A stretch of DNA of 26,270 nucleotides, from positions 1 through 26,270 of the IMG/VR virus record IMGVR_UViG_3300022178_000855; one strand, given 5' to 3'. Positions 1-9,484 of this stretch are shown here, piece after piece (within the stretch, counting starts at the first letter, position 1; each line of letters begins with the position of its first letter). The translations under genes were made by a program, and so were the position numbers. This DNA is from a virus (taxonomy: Duplodnaviria > Caudoviricetes). Under the pieces are notes generated by a model. That model ran no database searches. It was not told the origin of the DNA and was given only the letters and a program-made list of their open reading frames with translations.

Positions 1-14
1 TATTAAGCAGTAAA

Positions 15-371
15 ATGAAGACACCTGATGGAACAATACTAGAATCAAAGCATCGTCACGACTATGTTACGCATACAGACGCTAACGGCAAAGAGTATAT
101 GCTAGATGGTGGGTGCGACTACGTTAGATGCTCTGCTAACGGTGATGAGGAAATGCTAACTGTCACCTCAGACGATAGCCATGAAGTGATAAGAAAAGTT
201 GTTAAGTGGGGAACTTATGGTAAACATGGAGACGAACCTTTGAGGCATGTGACAATTGCGGATTTAAATCCATACCACCTTAGAGCTATCTTAGACACGC
301 AGCAGAAGAATATGCGTCCAGCTTTGTACAAAGTGATGCAAGATGAGGTTAAATATCGGGATGAAAGTTAA
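15..371 (+). CDS. Phage hypothetical protein (may start upstream of the window)
   Basis: 118-aa ORF with the motif TPDGTILESKHRHDYV...DGG.DY. The frame is open back to position 3 (L-S-S-K-M), so the true start may be outside the window. Confidence 0.8.
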   Translation: MKTPDGTILESKHRHDYVTHTDANGKEYMLDGGCDYVRCSANGDEEMLTVTSDDSHEVIRKVVKWGTYGKHGDEPLRHVTIADLNPYHLRAILDTQQKNMRPALYKVMQDEVKYRDES

Positions 372-537
372 AATGTATCCGCTGATAGAGCGGTTAATTG
401 AAGAAGGCATAGAGGCTGGCTGGTACAGGGCGCATAAGCACACCGACTATCCTGATGAATCAGCCATTAAGCTTTGTATTGCTGAATACATTATGCAGGG
501 CTTTGATGAAGCCTTTGAGTTTGATAAAGAAGATTAG
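361..537 (+). CDS. Small phage hypothetical protein (MKVKMYPLIERLIEEGIEAGWYRAHKHTD...)
   Basis: The ORF track gives 343..537. ATG 361 overlaps the end of the upstream gene and is the more plausible start. Confidence 0.7.
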   Translation: MKVKMYPLIERLIEEGIEAGWYRAHKHTDYPDESAIKLCIAEYIMQGFDEAFEFDKED

Positions 538-543
538 CAATAT

Positions 544-619
544 GTTCCGTTCGTCTAATGGTAGGACTGTCGTGGCCTAAAAAACCGTGGAGATAGAGGT
601 TCGATTCCTCTACGGAACA
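544..619 (+). tRNA. tRNA-Glu-like RNA with a non-canonical, extended anticodon arm (pseudo-tRNA or tRNA-like ncRNA)
   Basis: Acceptor stem GTTCCGT/ACGGAAC (7 bp); D arm GTCT-AATGGTA-GGAC; T arm AGAGG-TTCGATT-CCTCT; variable loop AGAT. The anticodon region 569-590 is 22 nt rather than 17 and has no TTC/CTC anticodon. No encoded CCA. Confidence 0.8.
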
Positions 620-712
620 CTTTATACACCTTTAAAACTGCATGACTGAGCACTTTTACGCACATTCAAGTACAACTTTATTTAAGTTAATAACATTTAA
701 GGATATAAAATA

Positions 713-2593
713 ATGGATCAGTACCAACAGTTTATACACAAGAGCCGCTATGCACGTTGGATGCCAGAGGAAGGCCGTAGAGAATCTTGGCATGAAACAG
801 TTAACCGTTACGTAGACTTCTGGAAAGATCGTGGACAGATAGACGAGAAGACAGCGTTAAAGTTATTTAATGCAATACACAACCTAGAAGTCATGCCTAG
901 CATGCGTTGTATGATGACAGCAGGCGTAGCACTAGACAAAGATAACGTAGCAGGGTTTAACTGTAGCTATCTACACATCGACTCACCACGTAGCTTTGAC
1001 GAGCTTATGTACGTGCTTATGTGTGGTACAGGTGTAGGCTTCAGCGTAGAGCGTAACTACATTAACAAGCTGCCAGAGATTGCAGAGACATTCCACAAGA
1101 CAGACAGTGTTATCGTTGTGTCGGACAGTAAGATTGGTTGGGCCTCTGCGTTCCGTGAGCTTATTGCTATGCTCTATGCTGGTAAGATACCACAGTGGGA
1201 CATTAGCAGAGTACGTGGCTCAGGTGAGCGTCTAAAGACCTTCGGTGGTCGTGCGTCAGGGCCAGAGCCTTTAGTAGATCTGTTTAACTTCTGTATCGAA
1301 GTGTTCCAGAAGGCTAAGGGTCGTAAGTTAACAAGCGTTGAGTGTCACGACATCGTATGTAAGATTGCTGACATTGTAGTTGTAGGCGGTGTACGTAGGT
1401 CTGCACTGATCAGTCTGTCTAACCTCTCAGATCAACGTATGGCGAAGGCTAAGTCAGGACAGTGGTGGATAGACGAAGGCCATAGAGCGTTAGCTAACAA
1501 CAGCGTAGCGTACACTGAGAAGCCTGATTTCCAATCCTTCTTAGCTGAGATGCAGACGATGTACGAAAGCAAGGCTGGTGAGCGTGGTATCTTTAGTCGT
1601 GTAGCAGCACAGAAGATTGCAGGACGCAATGGCCGCAGAGATAACTCTTACGAGTTTGGCACTAACCCATGCTCTGAGATCATCCTACGCAGTAACCAGT
1701 TCTGTAACCTGTCAGAGATCGTTGTACGCGCAGACGATACGCTAGAGACACTGAAGGCTAAGTCAGAGACTGCAGCTATCATTGGTACGCTACAGGCTAC
1801 ACTGACAGACTTCCGTTACCTACGTAACTGCTGGAAGAAGAACACAGAGGAAGAAGCTTTGCTAGGCGTTAGCATGACAGGCATCATGGATCACTACCTG
1901 TTGAGCAAGGGTAACTCACCTGATTTAGTTAAATGGCTAGAGGAGATTAGAGATGTTGCTGTGGACACTAACGAGAAGTGGGCTAAGAAGCTTGGTATTA
2001 ATCAGTCTACGGCTGTTACGGCTGTTAAGCCAAGTGGTACTGTTTCTCAGCTTGTTGACTCTGCTTCTGGTATCCATCCTCGCTTCTCTAAGCATTACAT
2101 TAGACGGGTACGTAGCGACAAGAAAGACCCACTGGCAGTTTTTATGGAAGCATCAGGATTCCCTGTAGAGCAAGACGTTATGTCACCAAGCTCGTCAGTG
2201 TTTAGCTTCCCTGTCAAAGCACCAGACACAAGTGTGACAGTAGAGCAGGTAGGAGCAATGGAGCAGCTTCAGCTATGGAAGGCTTACCAGAACCACTGGT
2301 GTGAGCATAAGCCAAGCATCACTGTTTACTATACAGATGATGAGTTCCTGCAAGTAGCACAGTGGATATGGGATAACTTTGACATCTGCTCTGGTATTAG
2401 TCTGTTGCCGTTTAGTGATCATGTATATCAACAAGCTCCGTATGAAGACATCACCGCTGAGCAGTATGATGAGTTACTAGCAGCGATGCCACAGGGTGTT
2501 AGTTGGGACGACTTAGAGAACCACGAGCAAGAGGATAACACTACAGGTTCACAAGAGTTAGCATGTACTGGAGGCGCGTGTGAGATAGTGTAA
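713..2593 (+). CDS. nrdJ: Class II (adenosylcobalamin-dependent) ribonucleotide reductase, monomeric RTPR type
   Basis: 626 aa with NCS, GGVRRSA, GTNPCSEI (thiyl Cys), FCNLSE and KPSGT motifs, and a C-terminal redox pair ACTGGACEI. No ATP cone and no adjacent beta subunit. RBS AAGGA upstream. Confidence 0.92.
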   Translation: MDQYQQFIHKSRYARWMPEEGRRESWHETVNRYVDFWKDRGQIDEKTALKLFNAIHNLEVMPSMRCMMTAGVALDKDNVAGFNCSYLHIDSPRSFDELMYVLMCGTGVGFSVERNYINKLPEIAETFHKTDSVIVVSDSKIGWASAFRELIAMLYAGKIPQWDISRVRGSGERLKTFGGRASGPEPLVDLFNFCIEVFQKAKGRKLTSVECHDIVCKIADIVVVGGVRRSALISLSNLSDQRMAKAKSGQWWIDEGHRALANNSVAYTEKPDFQSFLAEMQTMYESKAGERGIFSRVAAQKIAGRNGRRDNSYEFGTNPCSEIILRSNQFCNLSEIVVRADDTLETLKAKSETAAIIGTLQATLTDFRYLRNCWKKNTEEEALLGVSMTGIMDHYLLSKGNSPDLVKWLEEIRDVAVDTNEKWAKKLGINQSTAVTAVKPSGTVSQLVDSASGIHPRFSKHYIRRVRSDKKDPLAVFMEASGFPVEQDVMSPSSSVFSFPVKAPDTSVTVEQVGAMEQLQLWKAYQNHWCEHKPSITVYYTDDEFLQVAQWIWDNFDICSGISLLPFSDHVYQQAPYEDITAEQYDELLAAMPQGVSWDDLENHEQEDNTTGSQELACTGGACEIV

Positions 2594-2605
2594 ATTGTAG
2601 ATACT

Positions 2606-2642
2606 AAAAAGCCCTGTGTAGTCAGCTACGCAGGGCTTTTTT
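2606..2642. terminator. Bidirectional intrinsic terminator between converging nrdJ and the late operon
   Basis: AAAAA-GCCCTGTGTAG-TCAG-CTACGCAGGGC-TTTTTT: an 11-bp stem with an A-tract on one side and a T-tract on the other. Confidence 0.92.
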
Positions 2643-2644
2643 GT

Positions 2645-4825
2645 TTACTGGCTTCCTTGATTAACAGCAACACCAAACAATTGACCTATTAAGTATGGCG
2701 GTAAGAACTTAGTGTGTATCATTCTTTTAACAAGACTGTCAGACACTGTTTCTCCATCTTTAATTTTCTTAGTCACTGCTTTAGCTGTTTCTATACTAGC
2801 TCTTATTGCTTGTGGCGATAGCCCTTGCTCTACAGCGTTGCTAACAGCGTAATAAACACCTGCTTTAGTCAAAGTAGGCGATGCAACGCTGCTGATTTCT
2901 CTACCACGTACAGCAAGAGAAGCGGCTGACTCAGAACCAACCAAACCTTGACGAAGAATCTCTACTTCTTTAGCTAAGGAGGCTAGCTGATCCCCTGTTT
3001 TTTTATCAACAATAGCGTTAAACGTGTCTTTAAACTTAGGCTGAAGCATTTTCTTAGCAAAACTTTCTGCTTCTCTTGCCGTTCTTTCAGGAAACAAACT
3101 AGTTAAGTAGTTGGCTCTGATGCTTTCAATAACATTATCGCCTTGATCAGTGCTTTTTAACTCCTTAGCTTTGGCCATCAGAGCACGAAGCTGAGTTATT
3201 CCCATCTTCTCACCAGCAGCCACTAATTGCTCACCTATTAAAGCAGGGTTGCTTTTGTTAAGGCTTTTAACAATCCAATCTCCGTTAATAGCCTCTATGC
3301 CTTCTTTATATATCTTACCAGCAGCGTCATACTCTGCCTTCAGAACTGGGTTAAAACGTTTTGCTGAAGCGTCCATTTGCTTCCCTAACACAGTAGCTGC
3401 TTCAGACAACAAAGCATAAGCCCTGCTGTCTTTACTCCCTAAAGAATCGTCCATGTCTCGTTGTAGCTTTTTAATGTTAGAGAGTTCTGAATGAGCTTCT
3501 TTAAAAGACATCGTAGGACGAAGCTCTGTGAGTTTAGTAGCTCGTTTCGCAAAGTCTCCTTCAATCGCTGATTTACCTGCACTGTTAATTAACAAATTAT
3601 GGGCTTCTTTGCCCAAAGCTGCTACAGCGTTTGTTTTAACGAACTGCGGCCCTTTTAAAGTTTTCTCTAATTCTTTAATTGCTTTAGCAGCATATACTTT
3701 AGACGTATTAGGGTACGCTTTGTTGCTTAAAACTGCTCTCAATTTACTTATACCAATAGCAATGTCTTTAGGCTGTGCAGTTGAAGGAATGCTTTTGAAA
3801 ATCTTTTCTACTCCCGCAACACTTTTCTTAGCAGCCCCTAGAGTTGCTTTGTAATCGTTAAGCATTATGCCTATCTTAGCAGGCCTAATTAAAATACCAC
3901 CCTTAGTGTCAATGTTCTTATACAAAGGAGCTACAGTAGTTTTTAAGGCTTCTGAAGTAGCATCAACTAAGTTTTTAATAGCTAATCCTGTCTCATCTCT
4001 GCTTAAACCTTTAGTAGCTTGCAGAACTTCACCAAAAGAATCAGTAATAAATCTATTTTGTCCTGCAATAGCCTCGTCAACAGGTTTAGACATTGATAAA
4101 GACGCTTGTGCAATTTCTTGTTTGGCTAACATACCACGCGATGCTGAAGGAACCTGTGAGGGTAGCATGTTTACGTTACGACTAGCTAGTTTCTCAAACA
4201 AAACTTCAGCATCTAAAAGCTCTTTTTCGCCTTTCCCCAACTGCTGCGTAAAATCTTCAATAAGCTCTTCACCAATGTTATATTTTGTAGTGGCTTCTTC
4301 AACAGTTAACCTGCCTTGTATAACATCTAAAGCAGCTTTTTGAGTTAACTCTTCTGTACTGCCAACAATAGGAGCCTGTGTAACTGCTCTATAAATAGGC
4401 TGCATTCCTTTACTAAGTATCTTACCCGCAACACCGAATATAGCACCAGCACCTGCGTCAATAATAGCGGCTTCTCCTGCGTTCTCCCACATATCCGCAG
4501 AAACATCTCTGTCTTCAACCGCAGCTTCTAATGTTTGACCAGCAGCAGAGCCTATAAACGTTCCTAAAGCTCCACCAGCTATGCCACCCAAAGCAGCTCC
4601 AAGAGGGCCAGCAAAAGCTCCGAGCTGCGCTCCAGCAATAGCTCCTCCAACACCTCCAGTTATTTCTCCACCGATGTTTAACCAATCTGCTCCAGTCTCT
4701 GTGTTTACATTATAATCTTCTTGAGTAGCCAACCCTTTAGAAATAGCGTATTTCTTTATGTCAGAGTCTGAATAACTTTCAGGTACGTTTTTAATAGTAC
4801 GCCCATTTGGTAATGTCCTGTCCAT
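2645..4825 (-). CDS. Putative internal virion / DNA ejection protein (large)
   Basis: 726 aa with an N-terminal Gly/Ala-rich hydrophobic segment (GGVGGAIAGAQLGAFAGPLGAALGG) and a helical-looking body. It is the last gene of the podovirus tail module. Confidence 0.6.
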   Translation of the reverse strand: MDRTLPNGRTIKNVPESYSDSDIKKYAISKGLATQEDYNVNTETGADWLNIGGEITGGVGGAIAGAQLGAFAGPLGAALGGIAGGALGTFIGSAAGQTLEAAVEDRDVSADMWENAGEAAIIDAGAGAIFGVAGKILSKGMQPIYRAVTQAPIVGSTEELTQKAALDVIQGRLTVEEATTKYNIGEELIEDFTQQLGKGEKELLDAEVLFEKLASRNVNMLPSQVPSASRGMLAKQEIAQASLSMSKPVDEAIAGQNRFITDSFGEVLQATKGLSRDETGLAIKNLVDATSEALKTTVAPLYKNIDTKGGILIRPAKIGIMLNDYKATLGAAKKSVAGVEKIFKSIPSTAQPKDIAIGISKLRAVLSNKAYPNTSKVYAAKAIKELEKTLKGPQFVKTNAVAALGKEAHNLLINSAGKSAIEGDFAKRATKLTELRPTMSFKEAHSELSNIKKLQRDMDDSLGSKDSRAYALLSEAATVLGKQMDASAKRFNPVLKAEYDAAGKIYKEGIEAINGDWIVKSLNKSNPALIGEQLVAAGEKMGITQLRALMAKAKELKSTDQGDNVIESIRANYLTSLFPERTAREAESFAKKMLQPKFKDTFNAIVDKKTGDQLASLAKEVEILRQGLVGSESAASLAVRGREISSVASPTLTKAGVYYAVSNAVEQGLSPQAIRASIETAKAVTKKIKDGETVSDSLVKRMIHTKFLPPYLIGQLFGVAVNQGSQ

Positions 4826-4827
4826 AA

Positions 4828-5853
4828 TTAAAACGCTCCTCTAGGTGAAAAGTCACGAGCTGGTGTAGGCTTTGGTTCCTCAACATCTGCTACAAACTCT
4901 ACATCAGGAAGAGGTATTTTATATGCTGGTAAGTTATATTTAGCCCTGATTGACTCTTTATAAGCGTCTTGTTTATTCATCTCAGCCCACGCTTCGTTAA
5001 ATCCAGCAGTGCTTCCACCCTTATCATCGATCCACTGAGCTTTCATGTTCTCTCTCTCAGCCAAGAAAGCAGATAGCTTAGCTTGTCCACGTAAGAACTG
5101 AGCAATTTGATCAGGATTCCAACTGTCGTTCATAAAGCCGCTTTTTGCCATTTCAATGTCTTTATCAGAAGCAACTCCCGGAGGTAGTGAGTTAATAATG
5201 TCACTATTGACAACTTGCGTGAACCTAGTTTTCATTGCAGAAACAGCGTCTTGACCGCCTATTGATTCTTTCCAAGCAGACATAGCATTCCCAAAAGCAC
5301 CGCCTCTAGGTCTTTCTTTTTCATAAGAGTCTGCTAGACCAGTTAAAACAGCAACCCTAGACCCTGCCTTTTCTGCTGCTTCAGTAGCAGCTCTAATTGC
5401 TTTTTTGTCGGCTGCTCCTAACTGGTCTGAAGTCAAGCGATTCCGCTCTCTCTGAATGTCTACTTTCTCTTGCTCTAGAGCTTGAGCTGTGGCATACCTT
5501 TCTGCTTCTGTGTTCTTAGTGTTAAACTGAGTTTGCAAAGCCAATGCTCTAGTCGGATCAACCTGAGCAATTAACTGAACAGCCTGCTTCTGACCTTCTG
5601 GAGTAGAAGTATCGAGCTGACCTAGCTGCTCTTGTACTTGCTGACCAGCAGTACGTGTATCAACACCAAATAAACCACCAGCGCCTTGTCGCATCATTTG
5701 CTCGCGCTGTGGCGCTTGTAACGCTAACGAACGAGCTAGGTTAGAACCCACGCCTTGACCTTGTATAGCACTAGCTCTCTTAATACCTTCTCTCTCTAGA
5801 TCAGGAGTACCTGCCAGACCCGTAAGGAGTCCTGTAATATCTACTTTAGCCAT
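4828..5853 (-). CDS. Putative DNA transfer / ejection protein
   Basis: 341 aa, Gln/Ala-rich and coiled. The LPPGVASDKDI motif is reminiscent of P22-like DNA transfer proteins, and it sits among the ejection genes. Confidence 0.6.
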   Translation of the reverse strand: MAKVDITGLLTGLAGTPDLEREGIKRASAIQGQGVGSNLARSLALQAPQREQMMRQGAGGLFGVDTRTAGQQVQEQLGQLDTSTPEGQKQAVQLIAQVDPTRALALQTQFNTKNTEAERYATAQALEQEKVDIQRERNRLTSDQLGAADKKAIRAATEAAEKAGSRVAVLTGLADSYEKERPRGGAFGNAMSAWKESIGGQDAVSAMKTRFTQVVNSDIINSLPPGVASDKDIEMAKSGFMNDSWNPDQIAQFLRGQAKLSAFLAERENMKAQWIDDKGGSTAGFNEAWAEMNKQDAYKESIRAKYNLPAYKIPLPDVEFVADVEEPKPTPARDFSPRGAF

Positions 5854-5865
5854 TGTTGTATCTCC

Positions 5866-7062
5866 TTAAAGAGGTTCGTAGTATGGTGTTTGAAAACCAA
5901 ATGTGCTTGGGGCTTGTACGTTACCAAAGTCTATCGCACCGCCTGTTGTTGGTATAGCAGCAGGAACATTAAATAAACTACCGCCTGCATAGTCGTTAGG
6001 ACTGCTGAGAAACTGATCTAACCAACCTGCTGTGTCTGGAACAACGCTAGAAATCGGTGGTCTTCCTCCGTATAATATTTCTTGCAAAGAGCCAGAAACA
6101 AAAGAATCAGCATTAGGTGTACCTGAAGAACCTCCTTTTAACCAGTCAGGCAAATATTGATCTAAACCGCCTAACAGACCACTTGTAGCGTTAGCGCCTG
6201 TTCCGCCACCGCCTATTAAGTTAGCCATGTTCTGCATCTGTGCCAGTCTTTCTCCTTGTCCAAGCTCTGCTGCTTGCAAGTAGCCTTCTAAACCAGACTG
6301 CTCAAGCTGTCCTTGCAGCGTAGCGCCTGTGCGCTGACCTTGTGACAAGTACCCAGCAGGGATTTGACTGCCTTCTAACAAGCTCAATGCTTGCTGCTGT
6401 GGTTGATAACCAGCTTGCTGTAACAAACCACCGACCTGTGCAGCTTGTAACTGCTCTGCTTGAGACTGCTGACGAGCGCCTACGTTAGCGCGTGCCATTG
6501 CTTCTTGACGAGCTTGTTCATAGGCAAATTGCTCTGGTGTACCGCCATACTGAGCTGTCTGTACACCGCCTCTACCACTAGAGAACAAGTTCTCTTGCAG
6601 GGCCAGACGCTGACGCTCTTCTTCAGGGCGCTGTATGCCTCTGTACTGCTCGTATAAAGCTGCCTGAGCCTGTGCAGGGTCTTGGCCTACTTGACCAAAC
6701 AAACCCGCTGTCTGACCTTGCAGCTGCGTCTGTAGAGCTTGTTGCTCTGGAGACAAGTTAATACCAAAACCACCTTCAGGAGTAGTCTGTACATTAGCTA
6801 AAGAGCTGGTTACAGTGTACGGCTTAAACGCTGAAGCTTCTAACGCTTGTTGTCCTAGACGTTCGCCACCTTGTAAAGCTTGTTGACCCAGCTCACCAAA
6901 TGCTTGTTCGCCTTCTTTACCTAATAGGTATCCAGCGCCTACGTTAAACAGGTTACCTGCTAATGAACCCTGTGCAGTACGGGTGTTTTGGGTTTGCGAC
7001 CGCACAGTCGCAGGTTGTCCAGTGTTAGGATCAATAACATTTCCAAACTTATCTGTAGCCAT
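5866..7062 (-). CDS. Putative ejection / pilot protein
   Basis: 398 aa, Gln/Gly-rich low complexity, immediately downstream of the tail nozzle and anchor genes. Confidence 0.55.
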   Translation of the reverse strand: MATDKFGNVIDPNTGQPATVRSQTQNTRTAQGSLAGNLFNVGAGYLLGKEGEQAFGELGQQALQGGERLGQQALEASAFKPYTVTSSLANVQTTPEGGFGINLSPEQQALQTQLQGQTAGLFGQVGQDPAQAQAALYEQYRGIQRPEEERQRLALQENLFSSGRGGVQTAQYGGTPEQFAYEQARQEAMARANVGARQQSQAEQLQAAQVGGLLQQAGYQPQQQALSLLEGSQIPAGYLSQGQRTGATLQGQLEQSGLEGYLQAAELGQGERLAQMQNMANLIGGGGTGANATSGLLGGLDQYLPDWLKGGSSGTPNADSFVSGSLQEILYGGRPPISSVVPDTAGWLDQFLSSPNDYAGGSLFNVPAAIPTTGGAIDFGNVQAPSTFGFQTPYYEPL

Positions 7063-7295
7063 TAGTAAGACCCTCCAGTAATAGTGTCAGCCGTTAGTGT
7101 ACCTGTTACGTTTACGGTGGCGGCTGTGACAGTACCTGTAAATGTAGGGCCAGCAGTGTTTGCTTTAGTAGCACTGGCGTTAGCTATGTTGTTAAACTCT
7201 GTGTCGATCTCTGTGCCTTTAACAATCTTGTTGGGATCACCCGAACTTAGGGAGTCCTTAGTTGCAAAGTTAGTAGTCTTTGTGTAGTTGGACAT
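7062..7295 (-). CDS. Short tail fibre anchor/adaptor protein
   Basis: 77 aa. The N-terminus MSNYTKTTNF...EIDTEFNNIA resembles podovirus fibre attachment domains; it contains a PTFTG motif and ends TITGGSY. It overlaps both neighbours by 1 nt. Confidence 0.65.
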   Translation of the reverse strand: MSNYTKTTNFATKDSLSSGDPNKIVKGTEIDTEFNNIANASATKANTAGPTFTGTVTAATVNVTGTLTADTITGGSY

Positions 7296-8839
7296 TAGAT
7301 AAGTCTCCCTAGTAGAGCGTGTATGTCAATTTTTTGAATAGAAAAAGGTGAATCGTTAACTTCAGCTTCAATACCAATAGTCACTACCTCACCGTTACCG
7401 CTGGTGTTAACCTTAGGTGTTTGAATAACAATAGACGCTGTGTACTCGCCTGTTGTGTTGTACTCTGTAACTCCGTACTCAGCAGCGGAAGCAGTACCAA
7501 AAGTCAATGCTTGCTTAGTGTAATCAGAGGTGTAGTCATAACCCCAGTTAAGCGTTGACTCTGTGTTCTGACCACCGATAATAGTTACATTAAACTTCTT
7601 TAAGAACTTCAGATTAGAAGCGTTGCCAAAGTCTAACGGATTGCTAAAGTAACGCATCTGATATTTAGTAGTACCATCTAGGTACGAGCCATACTCAACA
7701 ATGCCTTCATCGTGTCCCATGTACAAATGATCATCTGCAAAGATAGAGAAAGAAATAGGTTTAATAGCAGTCCATGTTGTTGCACGATATGCCCCGTTTT
7801 CTAAAACCTGTCTTAGATCAAAACAATAGACTAGAGAACTGTCAGGGAAGGTTATCAAGTAGAAAGCGTCTATCGGGCTGTAGATGGACTTAATAGCCTC
7901 TCTGTGACCGTTAGCGTGATTCTCTTGTGACAGTGTTTGCAATAAGTCAGATCGTACATTCTTGCTTATGTCGTTCAGAGGTAAAGACTTCTCTTGAACA
8001 ACACGACCTAGTGACATGACACCACGACTAGACAAGAAAAACAGATCGCTACCTGTAGACTGTACAGAGTCTCTAGCAACACAACCAACACCTTCAATAG
8101 TGTCGTGTAGCTTTAGATCAGAAGAAGGACTCTCAGCCCCTGTGTAGATGATGATGCTCTTCTTACCAAAGATAATTAGGAAGCCGTTATGCTCTGCAAG
8201 CGACACAACCTCGTCAAAACCCGTAGGCCAGACAGTTGTTAAATCTACAGAGCCTGAAGAACCGCCGTGCCAATCATCGCCAGCTAGTAGAGAACTCCAG
8301 TATACTACGTACTTGTTATCTGCTAGGTCACAAGTCCATACTCTACCAAAAGCAGCTAAGACTTCGTTACCTTGAGGAGCTGAGTTACTTCCTGTAGAAG
8401 TTAAACCAGTAAGTGTAGACGTACCTGCCACGCTTAGTAAAGGCTGGTGTCCTTTCTGGTAAAAGTAAACATCGTTGTTAAACGACATAACCTTCCAGTT
8501 GTTATCGCTGATAGTGTAACCAACAGGCAGCGTTACTTCAACAAGTGTAGTAGTACCTGTAAATATCTTGTTGTTGCCGCAGGTGAAAACAGTTGTTACA
8601 CCTGCTCTACTGACAAACTCAAAGATAACCTCAACACCACGGCTAGTGCCTAGGACTGCTGCACCGTTGGTTGTGATGCTATTGTAGCCTTTACGTGCAG
8701 CAATACGGCCTAGCTTATCAATGACACAGTTGTCAGCAATAGAGGCGTAGGAAGGATCAAGACCAATAGGCGACTCTTGAGTGTTTAACCCAAAGAATCC
8801 TGGCGCTGCTACTGTAATGTTCTGTAATGGTTGTGCCAT
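7295..8839 (-). CDS. Tail nozzle / tail tubular protein B-like (P22 gp10 / T7 gp12 analog)
   Basis: 514 aa, beta-rich, with GLN near the N-terminus and a GVGCVARDSV motif. It follows the adaptor gene. Confidence 0.75.
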   Translation of the reverse strand: MAQPLQNITVAAPGFFGLNTQESPIGLDPSYASIADNCVIDKLGRIAARKGYNSITTNGAAVLGTSRGVEVIFEFVSRAGVTTVFTCGNNKIFTGTTTLVEVTLPVGYTISDNNWKVMSFNNDVYFYQKGHQPLLSVAGTSTLTGLTSTGSNSAPQGNEVLAAFGRVWTCDLADNKYVVYWSSLLAGDDWHGGSSGSVDLTTVWPTGFDEVVSLAEHNGFLIIFGKKSIIIYTGAESPSSDLKLHDTIEGVGCVARDSVQSTGSDLFFLSSRGVMSLGRVVQEKSLPLNDISKNVRSDLLQTLSQENHANGHREAIKSIYSPIDAFYLITFPDSSLVYCFDLRQVLENGAYRATTWTAIKPISFSIFADDHLYMGHDEGIVEYGSYLDGTTKYQMRYFSNPLDFGNASNLKFLKKFNVTIIGGQNTESTLNWGYDYTSDYTKQALTFGTASAAEYGVTEYNTTGEYTASIVIQTPKVNTSGNGEVVTIGIEAEVNDSPFSIQKIDIHALLGRLI

Positions 8840-9484
8840 TTAGGAGTACCAGATAGTTTCTTCAGGGTGTTGTGAAGCATCAATAGCGATAGCGTCAGAT
8901 AGTGTTCTGTCGGCTAGACCAAATAACTCTGCTGCGCTTGTGCCACCAGTTTCTCCACGCTCTCTAGCGCCTAATGCTGTAGCTAGTTGTACCACAGCAG
9001 AGGAGGGAATAGTCATGTTGTCAGTGTCTTGTGTAAAGTCTGATGTACGTAGAACCACGTTAAAGCGTAGCTGGAACACACCACTAGGCTTAGGGTAGAC
9101 ATCGACAGCGTTGTCACCGTTAGCATCTACACCGTTAAAGCTGTAGAACTGTGGTGAACCAATAGGCGGTGTCTCGATTAAGAAAGCATTATCCATCCAA
9201 CGAGAAGAACGGTACTGCATGAAGAAGTCTGAGGTGTCGTTAATAACATCCAGTAGCTTCATACGGTTCTGTGAGCCTGTTAGAACGTAGTTAAACGTAT
9301 CAGTAGTAGTAGAGACAGTTAGTGTGGTACGTAAGGCTGTCCAGTCGTAAGAGTCCTCTACAGTGCGTTTAGCATCGTTAACAAACTCTCCTATTAGCTT
9401 AGAGTAGCTGTTCTGAGAGACACTAGAGACTTCTTCTTCTCTGAGTCTACGTAATACACTGTTGACAAGTTGTAAGTATGTCAT
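8840..9484 (-). CDS. Head-tail adaptor / tail tubular protein A-like
   Basis: 214 aa starting MTYLQLVNSVLRRLRE, with a YDW motif, typical of podovirus adaptor proteins. Confidence 0.75.
   Translation of the reverse strand: MTYLQLVNSVLRRLREEEVSSVSQNSYSKLIGEFVNDAKRTVEDSYDWTALRTTLTVSTTTDTFNYVLTGSQNRMKLLDVINDTSDFFMQYRSSRWMDNAFLIETPPIGSPQFYSFNGVDANGDNAVDVYPKPSGVFQLRFNVVLRTSDFTQDTDNMTIPSSAVVQLATALGARERGETGGTSAAELFGLADRTLSDAIAIDASQHPEETIWYS

Noticed and set aside
575-584. Reading the tRNA loop as an amber suppressor (CTA) or Leu (TAA) anticodon, implying genetic recoding
   Set aside because: Neither triplet is preceded by U33 in a 7-nt loop. TAG is used as a normal stop (e.g. 537, 22089, 24275, 24687), and genes are not fragmented under the standard code.
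544-619. tRNA as a prophage attachment site (host-phage junction)
   Set aside because: Phage-type genes lie on both sides, and there is no integrase or duplicated tRNA 3' end in the window.
1432-2168. ORFs 1432..1629 (-) and 1953..2168 (+)
   Set aside because: Both lie wholly inside nrdJ, on another strand or frame, with no independent coding signal.
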